NCBI GenBank assembly: GCA_029856105.1
Contig: JAHQWH010000195.1
Span: 1-19,120, forward strand
Length of the DNA stretch: 19,120 nt
Reading direction: 5' to 3'
From: Promethearchaeia archaeon
GTDB lineage: Archaea > Asgardarchaeota > Lokiarchaeia > Sigyniarchaeales > SOKP01
Positions 1 through 6,597 of the stretch are shown here, piece by piece. The stretch's first letter is position 1. Each line of letters starts with the position of its first letter. The notes under the pieces are model-generated. The model was not told the DNA's origin, did not search any database, and worked only from the letters and a program-made list of their open reading frames with translations. The translations under genes and the position numbers were made by a program.

Positions 1-565
1 AGAAGGAATCGGCAAAATCGATTTGATCGCTTAAAAGTAGCTCCTTACGGAGTTTAGAAATAACTTGAAATACTTCAAATTCATCACTAATCCCACTTTT
101 ATAGCATTCAACCCTAACTGAGGGAATGTCCTCATCGTTATAAAAACTAGAGGTAGTGATATTATCGAATCCTGTATTATCCAATAGTTCGATTAAGAGG
201 AACGGGGGAAAACATAATTTATGCTGTAAACCTTTATGAGGAATTCCATACAACCAACCTAATATCTCTTTTTTCTGTTCTCCGTTTGCTTTTAAATAAT
301 GCTGACAAGCTTTCTCGAGATCAGGAGTTTCAAGGATTAATTTCCCATTAGGTTCTAATACTCTAAAAAATTCACTAAGAGCATAAATAGTTTCAAAAAA
401 ACTTAAGTGTTCAATTATATGAATCGCTTTAATTTCATCGCAAGTATTGTCATCAAATTCTAGGTTAAAAGCTGACATCAGTCTATCAGCCACTAAATCT
501 TCATACAAATCAATATTACAATAATCGGGATCGTATTTTTTTCCGCAACCAATATTAAGCTTCAT
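1..565 (-). CDS. Class I SAM-dependent methyltransferase (Methyltransf_11-like), partial, runs off the left edge; missing from the ORF track
   Basis: Manual translation from ATG at 565-563 is open to the window edge: MKLNIGCGKKYDPDYCNIDLYEDLVADRLMSAFNLEFDDNTCDEIKAIHIIEHLSFFETIYALSEFFRVLEPNGKLILETPD... It has motif I (LNIGCG), HIIEH and the RVLxPxG motif. The ATG overlaps the TGA stop of the upstream peptide gene (ATGA). Confidence 0.9.
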   Translation of the reverse strand, partial: MKLNIGCGKKYDPDYCNIDLYEDLVADRLMSAFNLEFDDNTCDEIKAIHIIEHLSFFETIYALSEFFRVLEPNGKLILETPDLEKACQHYLKANGEQKKEILGWLYGIPHKGLQHKLCFPPFLLIELLDNTGFDNITTSSFYNDEDIPSVRVECYKSGISDEFEVFQVISKLRKELLLSDQIDFADSF

Positions 566-810
566 TTTTTTTTATCAAAGTCTTTTATTTTTACAGTTGA
601 ATATTTTGTTCCGCTAGGATAAGTGTTGCTTATTGTCGATTCAATAAATAATCCAATAAAATAGCCCACAATTGAGAACATTATAATTAAAATAATCAGT
701 AATATGACGCTATTCTTAACATTATCATAGAATAAAACTTTGTTAACTTCTTTTTTAGATAATCCTAGTTCTTTCCCGATTTTATATAGTTGAATAAAAT
801 CTTTCGTCAT
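562..810 (-). CDS. Small single-pass membrane peptide, paralog 3 of 3 (candidate rSAM substrate/precursor)
   Basis: Shares LYKIGKELGLSKKE and YPSGTKYSTVKIKDF with the two neighbouring ORFs. The start is probably ATG at 810 (MTKDFIQ..., 82 aa, matching paralog length, with an SD-like GAGTGA upstream) rather than GTG at 825. Confidence 0.85.
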   Translation of the reverse strand: MTKDFIQLYKIGKELGLSKKEVNKVLFYDNVKNSVILLIILIIMFSIVGYFIGLFIESTISNTYPSGTKYSTVKIKDFDKKK

Positions 811-908
811 TTTCTCAATAATCACTCATAATTTGATGTTAATTTAAATTTTATATTTTTACCATCAGATTAAAATTACATGATTTCTTTAAGAAAAAAT
901 TGTTGAAT

Positions 909-1154
909 TTACTTTTTTTCATTGAAATCTTTTATTCTAATAGTAGAATAGTAAGTTCCTGCTGCATAAGTATTTCTAGAGGCTTCTATTCCTAATATTA
1001 TTATTATAATACCAAAAAAAACAAATGATATTATCAATAGGCTTTTGTATAACAAAATATGTTTACTATTCTCAAATATTAGTACCTTATTAATTTCTTT
1101 CTTATTTAATCCCAATTCTTTACCGATTTTAAAGAGCTTAATTATATCTTTCAT
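909..1154 (-). CDS. Small single-pass membrane peptide, paralog 2 of 3 (candidate rSAM substrate/precursor)
   Basis: 81 aa: LFKIGKELGLNKKEINKV, a hydrophobic segment, then EASRNTYAAGTYYSTIRIKDF. An AGGTGA SD-like motif lies upstream at about 1169-1174 on the minus strand. Confidence 0.85.
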   Translation of the reverse strand: MKDIIKLFKIGKELGLNKKEINKVLIFENSKHILLYKSLLIISFVFFGIIIIILGIEASRNTYAAGTYYSTIRIKDFNEKK

Positions 1155-1193
1155 TATTTTCTAAATATTCACCTATAATTTAAAATTTATCAC

Positions 1194-1442
1194 TTATTTT
1201 TTACCTTTAAAATCCTTTATTTTTACAGTAGAATATAATGTTCCAGCAGGATAAATATGTCTTGAGGCTTCAATTCCTAATATAATAATCATAATTCCAA
1301 AAAAAATAAAGACGATTATCATTAGGATTTTGAAAAATAATGGATATCTACTATCGTCAAATAAAAACACTCTATTAATTTCTTTCTTACTTAATCCTAA
1401 TTCTTTACCGATTTTATATAATTGAAAAAAGTTTTCTAACAT
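1194..1442 (-). CDS. Small single-pass membrane peptide, paralog 1 of 3 (candidate rSAM substrate/precursor)
   Basis: 82 aa: LYKIGKELGLSKKEINRV, a hydrophobic segment, then EASRHIYPAGTLYSTVKIKDF. GGAGG SD at 1453-1457 on the minus strand. Confidence 0.85.
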   Translation of the reverse strand: MLENFFQLYKIGKELGLSKKEINRVFLFDDSRYPLFFKILMIIVFIFFGIMIIILGIEASRHIYPAGTLYSTVKIKDFKGKK

Positions 1443-1476
1443 TTTTAAGATGCCTCCATTAAATTCTATTATTAGA

Positions 1477-2580
1477 TTATTTGAATATTAAGTTGTGATA
1501 CATATTTTTTAATATTGAAATTGTTGAATCCAATTTCCCTTTAATTGGTAATTGTTTCGATGAAAACATTTTATTTTCGATTGCTCTTAGGCAATATGGC
1601 TCATCAAATTCTTTTAAAGCATAAGATGATCCCAAACATCCTCCCCGACATATTTTTACCATATCACAATCTACGCAATAGCCTTTTAACTGTTTTTGCT
1701 TTAATCTTATCTTTTCTAAAATAGTTTTCAAACTCTGCGTTCTAATATTTCCTTCGATAAAACCATCTGGGAGCGTTAAACACCCTTTAATATTTCCATT
1801 GCTCTGAATACCTAAAACTGATAATCCCGCTTGGCATCCCACCCATGGATCCAACCCTAAATTTGGTAAGAACCTTGAAAAATGACCGAAACAATGAGCA
1901 CCAATAACGGGTAATCTTTTATAGGAATACTTTTTAACATTTATTGCAATGAATAATGCAACAGCGTAAAATTCCTCCCTTGAAATCGTTAATTCTCTTG
2001 GAAAGCGCCCAATAGGGATAGCTATCTGGATTTGCCAAGCAATATTTCGATCTAATAATATTTTTTTTATCTTATCTAATTCATTTAAATTAGTTTTACT
2101 TACTGCTGTAATAACACTGACTGGTAATTTTTCTTCTTTTAACCTGTTAATCGCATTTAGTGTTTTTTCAAATGCTCCTGGAATGCCTCTAAGATAATCG
2201 TGGACTTTGGCCGACCCTCCATCTAAACTTAGCGATACGCAGTCAACTTTTAGGCTTTTTAATTTTTGAATGTTATCAATCAAAGTTAATCCGTTAGTAA
2301 CAATTGATAATTCCATTTTATTTTTTTTAATTTCTCTCGCAATTTCATACCAATCGTCTCTAATTAATGGTTCTCCTCCCATTAAAGCAACTCCTTTGTA
2401 ACCACAATCACGGATTTCCCTAACTAATTTTAAAGATTCTTCGGTATTTAGTTCATCAAGACGAGCTTTTCCTGCAGATGATCCACAATGAATGCAATTG
2501 CTATTACACTTTAATGTAATTTCCCATACAGCGCAAGAGGGTTTAATTCTTTGGGATATTAGAGAAGTAATGCTTGGCAT
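1477..2580 (-). CDS. Radical SAM/SPASM-domain protein, resembling the PlpX/PcpX (splicease-type) peptide maturase clade
   Basis: CxxxCxxC (AVWEITLKCNSNCIHCGS), GGEP, SLDG and AWQIQ motifs. SPASM cysteines: GCQAGLSVLGIQSNGNIKGC...GNIR...CVDCDMVKICRGGC...PYC. Confidence 0.93.
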   Translation of the reverse strand: MPSITSLISQRIKPSCAVWEITLKCNSNCIHCGSSAGKARLDELNTEESLKLVREIRDCGYKGVALMGGEPLIRDDWYEIAREIKKNKMELSIVTNGLTLIDNIQKLKSLKVDCVSLSLDGGSAKVHDYLRGIPGAFEKTLNAINRLKEEKLPVSVITAVSKTNLNELDKIKKILLDRNIAWQIQIAIPIGRFPRELTISREEFYAVALFIAINVKKYSYKRLPVIGAHCFGHFSRFLPNLGLDPWVGCQAGLSVLGIQSNGNIKGCLTLPDGFIEGNIRTQSLKTILEKIRLKQKQLKGYCVDCDMVKICRGGCLGSSYALKEFDEPYCLRAIENKMFSSKQLPIKGKLDSTISILKNMYHNLIFK

Positions 2581-2664
2581 ATCTTTAATTTGGACTCAAT
2601 ATACTAAATTATATGTTATTAAGTAAATTATTAAATGTTTCCATCCAAAATACATAACTGTTGA

Positions 2665-2805
2665 AAAATTGCTATTTGCCAGAAGGATTCTGTCTTCATA
2701 CTTAGTATGGATTATACATAAACATATCGATTTTACAATGTGGTGGATGGTTTCCCCGATTGGACTGGAGAGAAATTAATCAATAATAAGGAATTCAATG
2801 GATAA
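2665..2805 (+). pseudogene. Possible degenerate fragment of a rhodanese-like domain
   Basis: Stitching frames gives roughly IAICQ-GF--SYLVWIIHKHIDF-NVVDGFPDW, reminiscent of rhodanese C-x-x-G-x-R-S...NVxGGxxxW. It needs several frameshifts and has no start codon. Confidence 0.2.
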
Positions 2806-3690
2806 TCAATAATCTATGGGCCATTCGAGCAAGGATACAATTAAATTTTTGTTAGATAATCCTCCTCGAGTAAGTGTACCTACAAAATTTTCTCGTTTAA
2901 ACATTTTTTTTAAAACATACTTTAAAAGTTGCTTATCCAGAAGTCCTTTTTGTTTAGCTTCATTTTGAAATCTATGAGCTTTCAGATGTAGTGAATTAAT
3001 CTCATCCATTTTATCTTTTAAAAACGATCTGCCTTTAAAAACGCCCTTCCCAGTAGTAAAGAGAAGCAAGTTGTCCATTCCCTTTGTGAAATCATACAAT
3101 TTTTTAATTGATTGAAATATAAGGGAGATATCTTCGGGAATGTCTGTGTCTTTACCAAATATCATTCGATATTTTGGCATTACTACATCGTTGATAAATG
3201 CCCACTGTTGTTTTCGTTCAACTAAACTAATTAGTTCAGGAGCATGTCCAGGCGTATCCATTATATCAAAAATATATTTACCTGACTTAGAATTAATTGA
3301 ATCTTTTAATAGTTCAGCCTGAAACGGTTGGTAGTCTACGCCCCAAGTCATTTGTCGATAATCGGGATATGCTTTTTCTTTCATTAATAGTGGAATAGCC
3401 AGCTCACTAGCGAAAACGGGAATGTTAAATTCTTCTTGGAGCATACGACCACCACCACAATGATCTTCGTGGTTATGTGTAATTACACACTTCTCAATCA
3501 TATTCTCGGAATCAAGAGTTTTTATAAATTTGCGTAAATCTTCTACTCCTCCTGGAGCACCTGCATCAATTAATAACCCGTCAACTAAAAATGCTGAAGT
3601 CCAAAAAGGTTGTGGCATTAATTCGCTGTCTGAAGACCATTTCCATTCTAATATCTCGTTATTACAGTGATAAATTATTTGAACAACCAT
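2806..3690 (-). CDS. MBL-fold metallo-hydrolase
   Basis: LIDAG, THNHEDH (HxHxDH) and TPGH motifs. Confidence 0.9.
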   Translation of the reverse strand: MVVQIIYHCNNEILEWKWSSDSELMPQPFWTSAFLVDGLLIDAGAPGGVEDLRKFIKTLDSENMIEKCVITHNHEDHCGGGRMLQEEFNIPVFASELAIPLLMKEKAYPDYRQMTWGVDYQPFQAELLKDSINSKSGKYIFDIMDTPGHAPELISLVERKQQWAFINDVVMPKYRMIFGKDTDIPEDISLIFQSIKKLYDFTKGMDNLLLFTTGKGVFKGRSFLKDKMDEINSLHLKAHRFQNEAKQKGLLDKQLLKYVLKKMFKRENFVGTLTRGGLSNKNLIVSLLEWPIDY

Positions 3691-3833
3691 AATTTTCTCA
3701 AAAGTGTAGTTCTGTTGAGTCTATTTAAAAAATTTTGATATTAAATAATAGTGATACCTATTTAATTGGTTATATTGTTCGTGTAAATATTCCTATATAA
3801 AACGTTTAAACAGTTTTAAAGTTCGATTAAATT

Positions 3834-3849
3834 AAAAAAAGAAAAAAAA
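3834..3849 (-). terminator. Putative archaeal oligo-T terminator downstream of mscL
   Basis: T8-C-T7 run on the minus strand about 25 nt after the mscL stop. Confidence 0.45.
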
Positions 3850-3874
3850 GTTATATTTGAAAATCAAATCTTTT

Positions 3875-4252
3875 TTATTCAATACCGAGTTTTGCTGTGT
3901 ATTTTATCAACAAAAAGATTACAAAAGCCACAATGATAAAAGTTATAAGGTCTCCTAAAAAAGCCCCTATTCGAAAAACCCAAAGCGTGAATTCCTCCCA
4001 TGGAATATTAGCCGGTAAGAAAAAAGTGACTAAAGGCATTACTAGATTATCTACAAGCGACTGAACAAGGTCCCCGATATATTGACCCATAATAAAAGCA
4101 ATAGCTAAACCTAAGACCTTATATTTCATTATAAAATCTTTAAATTCTTCTAAAAGACTTTTCTTTTTTCCAGGCTCCTTAGGAGGCGGAGTAGGTGCTA
4201 ACGCTTCTCTAATTTTCTTTAATTCTTCTAACATTTCTGAATCTGTCGTCAT
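3875..4252 (-). CDS. mscL: Large-conductance mechanosensitive channel MscL family protein
   Basis: S1/TM1 pattern EEFKDFIMKYKVLGLAIAFIMG...LVQSLVDNLVMP and TM2 pattern IGAFLGDLITFIIVAFVIFLLIK. Confidence 0.9.
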   Translation of the reverse strand: MTTDSEMLEELKKIREALAPTPPPKEPGKKKSLLEEFKDFIMKYKVLGLAIAFIMGQYIGDLVQSLVDNLVMPLVTFFLPANIPWEEFTLWVFRIGAFLGDLITFIIVAFVIFLLIKYTAKLGIE

Positions 4253-4465
4253 ATTATTTCACTTAACAATTTTTGATTTGGATTAATGTTTTTTTAAATT
4301 TAATTTGGTGTTAATTTTTATTTCGTTTAGTTTTAATTAAATATTTTTTTAATAATTTATTAGATGGGGTTGAAAATTAATTCGAAAGCTAACTTAAAAA
4401 AAAAAAACCCAATCTTTTTACAATTAGTCAAAAAATATTTAATTCTAAATTGATTTCATTTAATT

Positions 4466-5320
4466 ATGAGTAATACTGGATTTAATCAATTTCAAGGAGA
4501 TGTTAATACTGAAAGGATCAAATATATTGCTGATCCTCAACTAAAAAACATCGTTAATGTTTCAATTGCCTTAGCTCGACCTTTAATAGTAAAAGGAGAG
4601 CCCGGTACAGGGAAAACTTTGTTATCCCACGCTATTGCCGAATCTTTAGGAAAACGATTAATTGTATGGAATGTAAAAAGCACAACGGAAGCAATTGATG
4701 GTTGCTACATGTACGATACCGTCCAGAGATTAAACGATAGTCGATTTGGAAGCGATGATCGTAACGTAAATAATATTAAAGATTACATTACACTTGGACC
4801 GCTAGGGGAAGCCTTTGACTCTGAGGAGCAAGTCGTCCTTCTTATCGACGAGGTTGATAAGGCAGATATCGAGTTTCCAAACGATCTTTTACAGGAATTA
4901 GATGTAATGGAATTTTACGTTAAAGAAACCAAAGAATTTATTAAAGCTAAAACTCGACCTATAGTTATTATTACTTCAAATAACGAAAAGGAACTTCCTG
5001 ACGCGTTCTTACGCCGATGTGTGTTTCATTGGATAGAATTTCCTTCAAAAGAATTTATGGCAGACATCTGTAATCTTCACTATCCACATCTGAAACAAAA
5101 CCTCTTAGATCAATGCCTTAAAAATTTCTATGCGTTAAGAGCGATCACAAAATTAAGGAAAATGCCCTCTACATCTGAACTTCTGGATTGGATCGGTGTC
5201 TTATTGAAAAGTGGAATAAGCCTAGACGAACTGAAGCACGGAATTCCATTCCTTGGAGTGCTCCTTAAAAAGGAAAAAGATCTCGAAATAGCTTTAGATA
5301 AAATTAAGTTCCCTACATGA
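4466..5320 (+). CDS. MoxR-family AAA+ ATPase (CoxD-like)
   Basis: Walker A GEPGTGKT, YDTVQRLND, Walker B LLIDEVDKAD, and ITSNNEKELPDAFLRRC. Confidence 0.93.
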   Translation: MSNTGFNQFQGDVNTERIKYIADPQLKNIVNVSIALARPLIVKGEPGTGKTLLSHAIAESLGKRLIVWNVKSTTEAIDGCYMYDTVQRLNDSRFGSDDRNVNNIKDYITLGPLGEAFDSEEQVVLLIDEVDKADIEFPNDLLQELDVMEFYVKETKEFIKAKTRPIVIITSNNEKELPDAFLRRCVFHWIEFPSKEFMADICNLHYPHLKQNLLDQCLKNFYALRAITKLRKMPSTSELLDWIGVLLKSGISLDELKHGIPFLGVLLKKEKDLEIALDKIKFPT

Positions 5321-5355
5321 TCTATTTTAAAATATTTGGTTATAGGATTAAATAA

Positions 5356-6588
5356 ATGTTTGTTGAGTATTTTTATTACCTAAAAGAAAGGTTACCGGTA
5401 AGTATTACGGAGTATATGACCCTTATGGAAGCCCTTGAAAAAGGCCTTATTCATAACATGGTCGAGTTCTACTATATTTCGAGATCTATATTATGCAAGA
5501 ACGAACATCACTTTGATATTTACGATATTTCGTTTGCTAACTTTTTCAAAGACGCATCTTTAAAGTTTCCAGAAGAAATCAAACAAGAAATATGGGATTG
5601 GCTTCAAAAAGATATTAATCCACCAGAATTACCTGACGGATTTCAGGAATTTCTTAACCAACATTTTGATATCGAAGAATTACAAAAACACTTCGAAGAA
5701 TTACTTAAAAAGCAGGATGAGGAGCATAATTTTGGAGATCAATGGATTGGAACTCAAGGTTTTTCTCAATTTGGTCATTCGGGGCAAAACCCAATGGGCA
5801 TGAGGGTAGGTGGCTCGTCCGGTATGCGTATGGCAATACAAATCGCCCAAAAAAGAATTTTTGCCGATTACAGAAAAGATATCGTTTTAGACACACGCCA
5901 AATTAAAGTAGCATTGAAGCGTCTAAAAAAATTGGAAGAGATCGGGAAGCAAGACGAGTTAAACATGGATAAAACAATTGATGAAACTGCTAGAAATGGT
6001 GGAGACATTGAACTTATTTTCGAGAAAAAAAGGAAAAACAACGTTAAACTTATCCTTCTTATGGATGTTGGGGGTTCAATGACCCCCTACGCTCATCTTG
6101 TCAACCTACTTTTTTCTGCTGCCAACAACATGTCACATTGGAAAGACTTTAAGTTTTACTACTTCCACAATTGCGTATATGACCAACTATATTTCAATGC
6201 CCAAAGAAATTCTGACGAGGCTATAGATTTCGACGATCTTTTGAAAAAATACGATAATAAGTACAAAGTAGTTATCGTTGGCGACGCTGCTATGGCTTCT
6301 TGGGAGCTTACGGAAAGATATGGTTCGATTTATTATTACCATAGAAATGAGATGCCCGGAATTTATTACGTTAAAGAAATAGCCAATCACTTCAAGAACA
6401 ATGTTGTTTGGTTAAACCCTGAATTAATTCGTTTAGAGTGGGTACCATGGACGAGGAAGATTATTTCGAGCCTTATCCCTATGTTTAACTTGACGATTGA
6501 AGGAATCGAAGAAGCGATGAATTATCTAAGAAACAGCGGGAAAAACCAATTTACCACAGTTCATAGACTTAAGGGACTGAATTATTGA
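5356..6588 (+). CDS. VWA-domain CoxE-like protein, partner of the MoxR ATPase
   Basis: WIGTxGxSxFGHSG, LLMDVGGSM (MIDAS variant), YFHNCVY, VGDAxM and WLNP motifs; directly downstream of the MoxR gene. Confidence 0.88.
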   Translation: MFVEYFYYLKERLPVSITEYMTLMEALEKGLIHNMVEFYYISRSILCKNEHHFDIYDISFANFFKDASLKFPEEIKQEIWDWLQKDINPPELPDGFQEFLNQHFDIEELQKHFEELLKKQDEEHNFGDQWIGTQGFSQFGHSGQNPMGMRVGGSSGMRMAIQIAQKRIFADYRKDIVLDTRQIKVALKRLKKLEEIGKQDELNMDKTIDETARNGGDIELIFEKKRKNNVKLILLMDVGGSMTPYAHLVNLLFSAANNMSHWKDFKFYYFHNCVYDQLYFNAQRNSDEAIDFDDLLKKYDNKYKVVIVGDAAMASWELTERYGSIYYYHRNEMPGIYYVKEIANHFKNNVVWLNPELIRLEWVPWTRKIISSLIPMFNLTIEGIEEAMNYLRNSGKNQFTTVHRLKGLNY

Positions 6589-6597
6589 AAGATATCT

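Noticed and set aside
562-1442. The three peptides as archaeal pilins/archaellins or as a CRISPR-like repeat array
   Set aside because: No class III signal peptide cleavage motif precedes the hydrophobic segment. The DNA similarity is explained by diverged coding paralogs, not by repeat-spacer structure.
6061-6081. Non-canonical MIDAS motif DVGGS in the VWA protein
   Set aside because: As far as I recall this variant is normal for this CoxE-like subfamily, so it is not a novelty.
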